Source: Octopus bimaculoides
Taxonomy: Eukaryota
Reading direction: 5' to 3'
Assembly: GCF_001194135.2 (NCBI RefSeq)
Contig: NC_068986.1
Coordinates: forward strand, 29,892,275 to 29,950,597
DNA: 58,323 nucleotides
Below, one piece after another: positions 10,924 to 22,750 of this stretch (position 1 is its first letter; each line of letters starts with the position of its first letter). The notes beneath the pieces are model-generated. The model did not search any database and had not been told where the DNA came from. It saw only the letters and a program-made list of their open reading frames with translations. A program made the position numbers and the translations under genes.

Positions 10924-12367
10924 TACACATGCACGCACAGAGTCCTCATAATTTATGTCTGTTTTTCAAGCTGACATTGGTTGGAGAACTTATCATAGTG
11001 TGAGTTATCTATGCAGCATTACTGCCTTCATAGACAGTTGAGGGACCACTTCTTGTTCAGGCATTTCATTTGACTTGGTTTCCACTATTGGAACCTCTTC
11101 TTTACACCTACCACTTTACAAACCATACTGTTACAGAGAGCATTTTATCATAGCATTAGTGTTGAGATGGCAATGGTGGTGGTTGTGGTGTAACAAGTCT
11201 TCTCCACTCTCTCTTGCCTTGGTTTTTCACTAATCACTTTTCAGAGTGAATTTTATTGTGGCACCAGTATTAAAGCAATTGCTTTGTGCCTGTAGGACTG
11301 AAGATTCCTTTCTTTCCATGTGGTTTCCATTTGCCCAAGGTAGACATGGCTGAGAAGGTGAATGGAAGAAAGCATATGAATTGGAATGTGATAGTTAGTC
11401 ACTTCTGGTGAGCCTTCTGAGAATTTGAAGAATTTATTTCCTATGTGTTCTTACTGATAGCTGCTTCTGTTTATCTACCATATACAAAATCTATTTTCAC
11501 TGCCAGACTATCTGTGATTCAACCATGTAGCTTATGCATCCATAGTTTTCACTGGAAACACTATCAACTCTTTTTCTGCATATCAAGTACATACACTTCT
11601 CTGTGGACCAGGCCATTTGGGAGTTAAGTGTCATGGCACAGCACAATGCTTGTAACAAAATCTGAACCACCAAGTCTAACTTGAAATAGTAAACTGATCC
11701 AAAATCCATCTTCCTCTCTTTCTCAGAATGTATATACTTTATAATATCTGCTTACATGCCTTGATATTCAAAACTGTCTAATTTTAGTGAATTTTTCTAG
11801 AAAAAAAGAAAAAAAGTCAACATGTAACATTCATCCCAAAATTGTGCATGTGTATGCATGTGCAAAATATTTCATTTCCCCTTTCTTACGTGTAAGACAA
11901 ATGCCTCTTTCTCATGTATGAAGTAGACAATTTGCAGTGCTTTGGTCGATTGTAGCTTCAAATTTCATTTGGCTTTCATAGCTATAAAAACGGAAAAAAA
12001 TCAACAAAATAAGTATTAGTAGTAATATACTGAAGACACCAGCAACTTCATCAACTAGGGAGCCATGTGTCATATGTTAAAGAGTTGTATGCTTACCTTT
12101 GGCTGTGACTGTGGTAGTAAGAAGCTTTTGCTATGTACTGCTTACAAAGACATATTTAAGATTGTCCAAATCAGAAGTCATTGAATTCTTTTGCAACTTT
12201 TGTCAAAAGAAAATGATAGTGTGTAAAAAAAAAGAGAAGAAAATGCGATATATAAAAAGTACTATGAAAGTATCAGCAGATCTAAAGAAATCCATGTTTT
12301 ATTTAAAATAATGTGCTTTTGTTAATTTTTAAGAATTTATTTGGAGTAATTTTGTTACATCTAAAGA

Positions 12368-12446
12368 GGACTATCTTTCACTCATCCATCTTTTGGACTA
12401 TCTTTCACTCATCCATCTTTTGGACTATCTTTCACTCATCCATCTT
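12368..12446 (+). repeat. 27-bp minisatellite, about 3 units
   Basis: GGACTATCTTTCACTCATCCATCTTTT at 12368, 12395 and 12422. Confidence 0.95.
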
Positions 12447-12619
12447 CCACATTGTAACAAAAATGTGTTGAGATCATTGCTTGTGATATCGATATGATCT
12501 CTCTCTCCCTCTCCCTCTCTCCATCTCCCTCTCTCAGTTATGCTAATGAAAAGATTTGAATCACTGATGTGTTTGAATCGTTTCTCAGCTTGTATATTCT
12601 AATAAACTCTTTATTTGCA

Positions 12620-13200
12620 GTTTTATCCCCTTGTTGTGAAAATTATTTACCTGTAAAGAGCACCGAAATTCAGCTTGTTGAGGCATCAGCAGACCAAGGC
12701 CTTTCTTACCTTCAAGAATAGTTTAATTAGAACTTGAGATCAGGAATTCTCAAATCTGGTGGCTTCAATATCATTATAAAACTCTCTCACCTGGAACCCA
12801 ACAGAGCCAGAACCATAAAATGCTATATTAACGTTCTCCTAACTGTTCAAATATACTATACAACTCACCGATTACGTATTTTCCATAATGCATTATTATG
12901 ACTTTGAATGAAGAAAATTATTCACCCGGTAAATTTTTATTCAAATGGTGCACTCACCGTTGCAATCTATGAATCAACTATTCAACTTTACTAACTGAAT
13001 AATGCATTAAACATGGCATCAAAGCTATCTTTGCTGCTCGTAATTAATTCAGAAAACCATTTGTTCATATAGATTTTTTTTTTTAATACAGTTACAACAT
13101 GGACTTGGAAGAAACCTTATTTACTAATCGATACTTATTGCAGTCTCTATCAAAGCAATGACAAAACACCCAATAGTTTTTAAACTTGTGTTTGATATTC
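12620..13200 (+). pseudogene. Decayed Tigger/pogo-like transposase
   Basis: Frameshifted fragments in the expected order: EASADQ (cf. GEAASAD), KTLSPGTQQSQNHKM / NVLLTVQ..THRL (cf. KTLA...GHKM..R.TVL..N.TG.HKL), PVNFYSNGA (cf. LPV.Y.AN.KAW), KLSLLLVINSENH (cf. LLLDNAPSH), TNRYLLQSL (cf. NTTSLLQPLDQG). Alignment by eye. Confidence 0.5.
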
Positions 13201-13302
13201 ATTCTTACAGGATCGATGTCATTGTGGTTTGGTTGTTAACCAAACTAGACTTTTAAATATATATATCTTTTGTTGTCATTAATAAGTAGTTTCAAAATTT
13301 GG

Positions 13303-13465
13303 TACAAAGCCAATAATTTTAGTCAGAAGGGATAGTCAATTCCATTGACCCCAGTATTTGACTAATACCATATTTTATGGACTACAAAAGGACGGAAGGC
13401 AAAATTAACCTTGGTGGAATTTGAACTCAGAATATAAAGATGGACAAAATGTTGTTAAGCATTTT
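13303..13465 (-). mobile_element. SINE family C
   Basis: GACCCCAGTA...GAAGGCAAAATTAACCTTGGTGGAATTTGAACTCAGAA is the reverse complement of the family C core. Confidence 0.7.
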
Positions 13466-14061
13466 TGTTAATGATTTTTAATGGTGATTTTTAGTTTGCA
13501 TTTTGCTGCTTGTAGGAACTAAATCTGTTATGTGATCCAAATTTGTATTGCATGCAGGTTGGTTGACCAAAGTAGCATAGAAATACGTCATGGGTTAGCC
13601 TGATTCCAAATACATGCTATTTGTGGAGGTAGACTCTTCCTTCTTCAGAGGCCGAGTCTGTAAGTCAGAAGCCATGTGGGGACACTCAGAAATTTGCATT
13701 TATTTGTATAGGTAGACTCTTAGTCTGCAAAAGAAATGAGGATAGTTTTTATTCGGACCTGAGGCTAAACTACTCGGGAATGCACATTCAAGTGAATGAA
13801 CTGCAATAACGTGACTAAATACAAGGTATTCTGTAAAACTAACACTGCAGTGTGTCTGTATGATTCCCCTGTTATAGAGTTGCAAGTTCAGCATATTTAC
13901 TGTGCCATGTGACGCAACCAATTTGTTATGTAAGTCATATCATTGAGGCTAGGGACTGAACTGGCAGTAAAATAGAGCCTCTAGAAGTATAAAAGACATC
14001 CAATGACTGTGGTATTACTTGGATGATGATTGTCCAAGGATTGAAATAATATTGGTTTCAA

Positions 14062-14240
14062 ATTTTGGCACAAAGCCAGCAATTTTGTGGGTGGGGTTAA
14101 ATTGGTTACATCGATCCCAGTGATCAGCTAAAACTTATTTTATCAAACCTGGAAAGATGAGAGGCAAAGTTGACCTTGGTGGAATTTGAACTCAAAACGT
14201 AAAGATGAACGAAATGCCGCTAAGAATTTTGCCAACTCAC
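14062..14240 (-). mobile_element. SINE family C
   Basis: GAGGCAAAGTTGACCTTGGTGGAATTTGAACTCAAAACGTAAAG...CCGCTAAG; same family as 13303. Confidence 0.75.
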
Positions 14241-14737
14241 TGCTTTACAATGGTAGCCAAAAATGAGTAAATTTATAAAAAAGAACCTGGTGAGGTCTGA
14301 TGAGAAAATTTGTTCTGTTTTTTATTTGTTTTTTTTTTTGTGTGTGTTTTCAACTAATCTGACCTCTAATTCACTTGAAATTGACTTCTTTTCTCAAAAA
14401 CTGAAGTGTACTTATATGTGTGTGTGTGTGAGGGGGATGGAATTAAGAGCAGGAAGGACCCTCGGCCATACTGACAAGGGCCAGTGAAGCACCTACTGCT
14501 GCTCAATAAGAAAATCTTTTTCCCTCGTTCTTTTTTTATGTGTTTTCAGTGAATCTGACTTTTAAAACCATTGGAAATCATTAGTTTTTTTTTTTTAAGG
14601 CCGCAGCGGTGAGACCGGGGTGGGGCAAAAATGAAAGTAATAGTGGAAACAAAAAAAACATTTAAAGTACCTGGTACACTTTTCAGTCTTTTCATCTTCT
14701 TCTTCAGTACTTGTTTTTGCAATATTACTGTGGAAAC

Positions 14738-15180
14738 ACTCTTTTACATGTTTCAGTCATTTGACTGGCCATGCTGGAGCACCGCCTTTAGTCGAGCAAA
14801 TCGACCCCAGGACTTATTCTTTGTAAGCCTAGTTCTTATTCTATCGGTCTCTTTTTTTTTTGCCGAACCGCTAAGTTACGGGGACGTAAACACACCAGCA
14901 TCGGTTGTCAAGTGATGTTGGGGGGGGGGGGNNNNNNNNNNNNNNNNNNNNNNNNNNNNNNNNNNNNNNNNNNNNNNNNNNNNNNNNNNCAAAGACACAC
15001 AAACATTTACACACATATATACAATGGGCTTCTTTCAGTTTCCATCTACCAAATCCACTCACAAGGCTTTGGTCAGCCCCGAGGCTATAGTAGAAGACAT
15101 TTGCCCAAGGTGTCACGCAGTGGGACTGAACCCGGAATCATGTGGTTGGTAAGCAAGCTACTTACCACACAGCCACTCCT
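14738..15180 (-). mobile_element. SINE family A, full length, with gap in the internal repeat
   Basis: Reverse complement of 9801-10207, ending CAGCCACTCCT. Confidence 0.9.
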
Positions 15181-15188
15181 ACCCCTAG

Positions 15189-15667
15189 TGGATAACTTCA
15201 TGATAATCCATGCAACAGTTTTGGTAAATTTCAATAATATCTTCCATTTTCAAAAAACACATGCTTCCACTTATAAGACTTCCTGCTTCTGCTTCAAAAA
15301 ATAAGTGGACACACATGTTTTTAAGTAATAGCAGCAGCATTATATTTATGAAGTTTTAATATTTTGATATTTAAAATGTTTTAAGCATTGTGTAAAATAT
15401 AGTTTTTTGTCACAACTACGTTAAGTAATGATTTTTTCACCAATTTTCAACTGTTTTGAAGGCCATAGTTATTAATAACAAATCAAAAATAACAAGAAAA
15501 ACAAAATTTCACTTCCAATGCAAAACCAATGCAATGGCATCGACAGCAGCAGTAAGCTTTGTTTTGAAGAATCAGGAAGTCTTACAAGTGGAAGCAAGTG
15601 TTTTGAAAATGGAAGGCATTGTCAAAATTTGCCAAGATTGTAGCATGGATGATTATGAAGTTATCCA
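15189..15667. repeat. Inverted repeat, arms of about 110 bp (MITE-like or foldback remnant)
   Basis: 15189-15300 (TGGATAACTTCATGATAATCCATGC...CTTCCACTTATAAGACTTCCTG) matches the reverse complement of 15562-15667; AT-rich spacer of about 260 bp. Confidence 0.75.
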
Positions 15668-16599
15668 GAATTTCCAAAGTGACAATGCATAAAGTATTGA
15701 CTATTTGCATTCGCATGGTGTCCTGTCCAAAACAATAATCTTTCCAAATTCCAATTACAAATGTGTGTAGCAAAAACAGAAGAATGTATGGTCTTTTAGA
15801 AAGAGTCCTGTTGTCCTTAATCCCTTAATCTCGACCTCTGTAGTAATTAAATTTGAGAAAGAAAGAAAAAAAGAAAGAAAGAAAGAAAGCAAGGAAAAAT
15901 TGCCTCTGAAAGGGTTTCACTTCCTATTACTGTGGGCGCTACTTTGGGACAGAGTCTTTTAGGTAATAATAACTAGTTTATAGCATTAAGCAAAGGGCTT
16001 TGATAATATTCTGACTCACTAATTTTGGTATCAATAATCATTTAATAACATTCCACTATGTACATGCACTTTTAATTAAAATGCCATTTGGTATCTGAGC
16101 CAACAAAAGGAGTGTCTTCTTGGTTGTTTGATTTGCAAGAAGTAATAGCCAAATCTCATGCTACTCTTTTAAAAAATGGAAATATTGAATACCAGCTGAA
16201 AAAGCTGTTCTCTGAGTAAACTTAATCTAACTCCTGTGGAGGGCTGTTGGGCCTTCAACCTAAAATAGATCATATAATTGAATAAACTATAAAAAAGAAG
16301 ACAAGATTGCATCAGTGACTTTTATTTGCATAAATGAAACTTATGTGAAAATTTGTCTTGTCAAAACTGCACCCAATCTTCTGAAAGCTTAATACTGTTG
16401 ATATTTAGCAACTTGTCCATTCTAAAGCTTGACCTGATCATGTCTAGCCAAAACTTAACTGGACCTTTTCTCATCTTTTCGCTAGAACTCATAGGTTTTC
16501 ATAATTTTAGGTTTTAATTGTTTTGCAAGCTATTGTTTCTACTCATTTGCAATCTTGTTTTACAACCTGTCTGTCTTGACATCAATGTATGCAACTTTT

Positions 16600-17107
16600 T
16601 AAACATGGGTCAGATGAAATTTTCTGAACTAGATTTTCTATGGCTTGGTGCCCTTCCTGTAGCCAAACCATATCTATTTCAAGCAAGGTAATATTTCCCT
16701 ATAGGTAGACATGTTTTCATAGAAGACTGGAAACAAACAACTCTGCTTGTATGATGATGAAGATGATGCTTATTTACAGCCATTACATGATCTTGAGATA
16801 AAGAAAACACAATGATCTTGAGACAAGGATGCATAGGCATACACACACATCTATCCATCCATCTGTGCGTACGTACATACATACATACACATATACATAC
16901 ATACACAGAAACAAACATGCACACACACACACACACACACATGCATGTATACATATGGTTAGCTTCTTTTAGCTTCTTCTCTCTATCAAAATCACTCACA
17001 AGACTTTGGTTGACCTGGAGCTGTAGTCAAAGACACCTATCGAAAGTGCAGTGGGACTGAACCTGGGACCACATGGTTAAGAAGCAAACTTAACAACACA
17101 GCCATGT
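16600..17107 (-). mobile_element. Degenerate retroposon tail fragment followed by a family A SINE head
   Basis: GGTGCCCTTCCTGTAGCCAAACC (family D-like) and CTCACAAGACTTTGG...GTGGGACTGAACC...CACAGCCA (family A head), separated by a (CA)/(TACA) tract. Confidence 0.55.
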
Positions 17108-17894
17108 CTACAACTCCCACCATTTTAATTTGGATTTTCAACAGTAACATATTCTTTCAGTGAAAGTGTTTTGATTTTTATCTAAAATTCTTGCATCATA
17201 TGGAAAATAACTTTTAAAAATACAATAACAAAAAAAAAAAATTGTTGTTTATTGTTTTATTATTATTTGATATAATTTCTTTCAGTGAAGTTGATTGTAT
17301 TTCTAAGAAAGGTAGCACTGTTTTCTCACTACAAATATATTTAGTACATAGCACAGTTCTCTAGTGGTTGGCTTACCTATTTTCTATTGTAATCATTATG
17401 GTGTATCTTCTTTATGGAATCTAAATAAAGCAAACTCTGATAAAATCCAGATAAAAGAATTCAGTTACGATGCTGTATATATGTTCTATGTATGTGTATG
17501 TATAAATAGATACATAATGAATTAATTGTATGTTGTTTGTAGAGGTGTGTACGTGCATAGCAATGCATAATAATTTCTTACAAAAACATGTCTTCTTTCT
17601 ACATCATGCCAGGTGGCATACATAAACATTTAAGCATACTTTTACAGGGGAAGAAAAATGTGAAATTGTGATGTTTGTACTTTTTCCAAGACAACCTAAG
17701 TGAAGCTTTTCAAACTGGAAATTGAAACCATGTTGTTGAGTTATTTGAAACTAATTAACATAGGCGCTCCATTCTGTAGAAGAGCATAGGCATGAAACAC
17801 TAAAGACGTCTTCCATTTTTCCTAAGTGTCAACACTTTTTGTTGTTCTTTCATCTTGTCTTTGTGTTTTCTTTATTTTTGGACTTTATATATTA

Positions 17895-18050
17895 TTTCTT
17901 GACTTGCTACAACTAGTAGCCATATCTCCCTCAAATCGCAACCAACCATCTTGAAAAAAAAAGGATACCTTAGCTAATGCAGTGTTGAGTATAAAATGGT
18001 TGATTGATAGATATGGCTGGAATGCTAGTTGTCACAGGTCTTTTTGTTCA
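17895..18050. mobile_element. Dispersed repeat of about 200 bp (family G)
   Basis: GTAGCCATATCTCCCTCAAATCGCAACCAACCATCTTG is similar to 36228-36412 and 36600-36800. Confidence 0.5.
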
Positions 18051-18326
18051 TGATTGATCGAAGGCTGAGTAACAACAACCACCATGAACAGCGTGACATT
18101 TTGGCATGTTCTATGGTTCTTCATAAATTGGGAGTTATCTCTGTTATATGACTTTGTTAACCACACATGACAGGACCTGGCCACACTTTTAAATGGTGGT
18201 CTCCTGCAATGCAAAGGGAGAAGTCTTCTTGCTATGATGTTCCCCATGGCACATAATAATTCCTGACACTTATACATTGCTATCCATTCTGTTGTCCCTT
18301 TAATCTATGGACTATATTACCTGGGT

Positions 18327-18695
18327 AGAGGTGCAATGGCCCAGTGGACTCGCGGTCATAGGATCGTGGTTTCGATTCCCAGACCGGGCGTTGTGAGTGT
18401 TTATTGAGTGAAAACACCTAAAGTTCCACGAGGCTCCGGCAGGGGATGGTGGCGAACCCTGCTGTACTCCTTCACCACAACTTTCTCTCACTTTTTCTTC
18501 CTGTTTCTGTTGTGCCTGTAATTCAAAGGGTCAGCCTTGTCACACTGTGTCACACTGAATATCCCCAAGAACTATTTTAAGGGTACACGTGTCTGTGGAG
18601 TGCTCAGCCACTTGCACGTTAATTTCACGAGCAGGCTGTTCCGTTGATCGGATCAACTGGAACCCTTGTCGTCGTAACCGACGGAGTGCCAACCA
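18327..18695 (+). mobile_element. SINE family B with TSD
   Basis: Matches the 6630 copy with a short deletion in the head; TSD ATATTACCTG at 18314-18323 and 18696-18705. Confidence 0.9.
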
Positions 18696-19030
18696 ATATT
18701 ACCTGAATAACAGTCCAGTGGGTTATCTCTCTTTCAACTGGATCCAGTCCTGACATACAAAAAATAAGACATTTCAAACAGGAGTGAATTACTGCTGCAT
18801 TGTTATAGGGTCGTATATGTGTATTGACATATATATGTGTCACAGCAGAGAAATGGAAGTCATTACAGTGTTAGATAGAATGTCTCATGGTATTTTCTCC
18901 AACTCTGTGCTCTAATCTTACAAAGGTCAACTATGTTTTTCATCCTTTCAAGATTATCAAAAAAAAGGTACCAGTCCAGGGAAGCAGAATTGGTAGAACT
19001 GTAAGAACACCAAACCAGATGCCTTACAGT

Positions 19031-20733
19031 ATTTGTTGTGACTCATTGCAATCTGAATTCAAATCCCACTATGGTCTGCTTAGGTGCTAGACTTAATTTG
19101 TCATCTGCTTTAACACTATCACCTACTGTTTTGGGTACCTTTCATAGAGTCTACTCTGTTGCAAGTATTCAGGTGTATGGTTTGAGGATACCTTCCCCCC
19201 TCTCACCAGCTCCGAGTCATAGGTACTGTTTTCCTTCCGAACTAAAAGATCATCATCATCATCATCATCATCATCGTTTAACGTCCGCTTTCCATGCTAG
19301 CATGGGTTGGAGGATTTGACTGAGGACTGGTGGACCAGATGGCTGCACCAGGCTCCAATCTGATCTGGCAGAGTTTCTACAGTTGGATGCCCTTCCTAAC
19401 GCCAACCACTCAGAGAGTGTAGTGGGTGCTTTTATGTGCCACCGGCATGAGGGCCAGTCAGGCGGTACTGACAACAGCAACTGGTAACTAAAAGATAAAA
19501 AGAAAAAAAAAATTACAAAATGTAATGCTTAAATTATGTGTAAATTATGTGTAGGAGAAAACATTTTGAGTATTTATAGTAATCTAATTTTTTTTCCCCC
19601 AAATAATACATGGAAATTATGATCATAACTATGATAGCCAACTTCATCAGCATTTAGTGGATATGGAAGAAGAAAACGTTTTACTGAATCAAAAAGATTT
19701 ATTTTTAAAATAGCTCTTTTAGCGAAAGGTCAAATCCATAATTCTTTCACACCTAAAGAATGATATAAAACATATGCAAAAAATTAGAAGCCTATTGATT
19801 TTTCTTTGAACTTTTAGAAGCTCCAGGAAGCAAGAAAGGTCAGGAAAACTTTTTTACTGAAGAAATATACTTTTAAGAAAAAGCGATTCCGATAAATGTA
19901 AAGTATTCATTCAACCATGGAATGGAGACTAGCTTAAGCAAAGAGAACTTAGCCAATAGACATGGTTGGTTGATCAATTGGGAGATAAACTATTGAGGAA
20001 AGCCTTTCCGTTAAAGTCACAAGATGGTGAGGAATGAGTCTAACCAGGTTCAGCCCTAGTTTGCTGCCAGTAACTATCAAATGGGGTTGAAGGTGGGGCT
20101 CACCCCTTTGAGCTGGGAAATGAATGGAATGCCTAGTGTGTGTCTTGTTGTGACTACCACCCTCCCCCCACGAAAAAAATGGGAAATAAGCCTGGGTATA
20201 TATAAATATCAAGCAGTGATATGCATGTGGATAGACTTACTCTTAGTGGGATGCCTATCACTAGTCTCTGTCAATAAAACTGGGTTTGAAATTCTCCAAT
20301 GGTTGCAAAGCTTAGTTATTTACATAGAATGAAATGTTCCATTGAGATAGGGATTGTTGATGTATATATTCACTTATTTGTTGTGACTCTTTGCAATATG
20401 AGTTCAAATCCCACTATGATCTACTAGATCTACTAGATCTACTAGACTTAATCTGTCATCTGCTTTAACACTATCACTTTCTGCCTCGGGTACCTTTCAT
20501 AGAGTCTACTCTGTTGCAAGTATTCAGGCCTAAGATTTGAGGATACCTTCCTCCCTCTCACCAGCTCCGAGTCATAGGCACTGTTTTTCTTCCAAAATAA
20601 AAGACAAAAAGAAAAAAATACAAAAGGTAATGCTTAAACTATGTGTAGGAGAAAACATTTTGAGTATCTATAGTAATCTAATTTTTTTCCCCCACATAAT
20701 ACATGGAAATTATGATCATAACCATGATAGCCA
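19031..20733 (+). repeat. Local direct duplication of about 360 bp: 19031-19640 (with insert) and 20376-20733
   Basis: Shared CATCTGCTTTAACACTATCAC...GGGTACCTTTCATAGAGTCTACTCTGTTGCAAGTATTCAGG...CATGGAAATTATGATCATAAC. Confidence 0.9.
19251..19485 (-). mobile_element. Retroposon family D (probable RTE-type 3' tail) with 11-bp TSD
   Basis: (CAT)n = (ATG)n tail on the minus strand; TSD AACTAAAAGAT at 19240-19250 and 19486-19496; absent from the duplicate copy at about 20590. Confidence 0.9.
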
Positions 20734-21064
20734 CTAATTTGGTCGACAGAAATTGTCATATAAATGTATGTGTGTGTGCTTTCACTTGAGTTAGCTTGTG
20801 CTGTGTTTTTCCTTTTTTTTTGTTACTGAGTCTGGAGGAAGGGCCAGTGCTCATGGTCTTCGTAATCCCTCCAAGACTGGTGAGACTGATGTTATTAATG
20901 CCCTGCTAAAACAGTTGTAGGAAAGACATGAGCAAGGAACTAGAATGCCTAGTCTAAAAACTAGGATCCACTTAACTGTTTCAAATCCAATATCTCTCAT
21001 GAATTGGTACACTATGTCTCTTTATGTTCATATAGTTTGGCAAGTCAGATCAATAAAATTAAGT

Positions 21065-21300
21065 GTCTGTGTTAATTCCTTTGGCTCCATGTGGAGCACA
21101 GGGTGCCAAGAAGACATCTCCATCCATCTCTATCTTTGACTATGGATTGCAGTAGTTCCCACATGTAACTGCCTGGCATAGCTTCTTCTTTTCAGTTTTT
21201 ACTACACTGCTTCATAACAGTCTCTGGGGCTTAACTCCCCTTACCAGGACCATTTTCATATGTTCTCTTGTTGGTGTTTCAAATGCAAGGTAGAAAATTG
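21065..21300 (-). mobile_element. RTE LINE 3' end remnant
   Basis: The minus strand translates QSIVKDRDGWRCLLGTLCSTWSQRN*, resembling the RTE C-terminal (A/K)DR.GWR.LV..LCS motif. Confidence 0.6.
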
Positions 21301-21679
21301 ATAGTACAGGGCTGCTAACCTTATGCCTATAACCCTCCTTCTTTCTCAATTTTGATTGGGACCAGCTATGGTGGAGTTAATATAATTGCTAGGCTGGAAT
21401 AACTATTGTGGTTGATATGATTGGCTTAGATTCTTGAAGGGCATGGGATATCCTACTATGGCCATAGTCTAAAGGACTGAAATCAATAAAAGAATAAATG
21501 AATAACTACATTGAGTGAAAGAAGAGTATGTCTCAAACATGCCTCCCCTGTCAAATCATCTTCCTTAGAGTTGGCCTCAGGCACCAGACTATGCAGAACC
21601 CCCAAACTCCGTTTCTAAGACTAGCTCAAGTACGTCCACTTCTGCTGTTCCATTGACCCAAAAACATGGGAGGTAATCG

Positions 21680-21950
21680 CCTAGGGGATCCCGAAGTGGC
21701 AGCATGTCATTGTCGAAGGAACAGACCTAATAGAAAATAACAGACACCAAGAGGCAAAAACCAGACATCGAAGACACAAAGAATGACACACACTTCCTCG
21801 TACCCTACCAACCTTCCTTTGCAATAAATACCTTTGGCTCTTCTGTACCACCCTTGGCCTAAACAGCCACCTCAGGCACTGACACTCTTTGCACCCATCA
21901 AGATGAAGAGGTTCAATCACTGGCTGCAGATCTGCTACTTGGATACAAGT
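21680..21950 (+). mobile_element. RTE LINE 3' fragment with C-terminal zinc-finger remnant
   Basis: PKWQHVIVEGTDLIENNRHQEAKTRHRRHKE*HTLPRTLPTFLCNKYLWLFCTTLGLNSHLRH*H; cf. RTE-1/BovB-like C..C...S.IGL.SH.R.H. Confidence 0.7.
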
Positions 21951-22605
21951 TAACGTCAACCATGAACACAAACACAAACAATATATTGGGTATGTGAGAC
22001 ACACAAAACAAGACTGGATTATAAAGGTAAAGAAAGACTGATAGCATTTAAGATCAAAAGAAAAGAAAGCCAACTAATATATATATGTACTATAACAAAC
22101 TTTAAAGTTTTTTATTGTTTATACGAAAGCTAAAATTATTTGTCAGGATAATTATAGCTGTCTTCTAGTACAAATAACAACGACGAATGCAAAACTAAGC
22201 TTTGCTGTTATTTGAGAAGTTACGTTTTTTTTTTTTCAATATTTAATAGTATTAATTATAACTCTTAGAATTCCAAGCCTAAAGCCAGTAACTTTTATGG
22301 GATTATATCTTTTATTTATTTAATCCATTTTAATCCCTTTGAAAGTCTGATTTATATTGTCACCTATTCACTTGATTGATGTATTGCCACACTTATATTT
22401 TCCTATCAGATATTAGCAGTTTAATGCCTTAGAGGAATAACAATTATAAACTGAATCAATACTTTCTGAGATTATAATGACAGTAGTTTGAGAAATGTAG
22501 AGCTCTAGACTAAATACTTGCTGATATTTAGTTTCATTCCATTATGTTTTAAGTTCAAAATCTTCCTGGAATTGACTTTATATCCTTTGAATGTCCTTTA
22601 TGTCC

Positions 22606-22750
22606 ATTATCACCATTTAATGCCTACTCTTCAATGCTTGCATTGGTCAGATGAAATTTGTTGAGGCAGATTTTCTACAGCCAGATGCCCTTCCTGTCAC
22701 CAACCTTTACCTGTTTCCAAGCAAGGTAATATTTCCCATGGCATTTGTTA
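22606..22750 (-). mobile_element. Family D retroposon tail fragment
   Basis: CCATTTAATGCCTAC...TTTCTACAGCCAGATGCCCTTCCTGTCACCAACC, similar to 19251-19485. Confidence 0.6.

Noticed and set aside
12620-12720. Host terminal exon LSPCCENYLPVK...
   Set aside because: Better explained as part of the decayed Tigger/pogo transposase.
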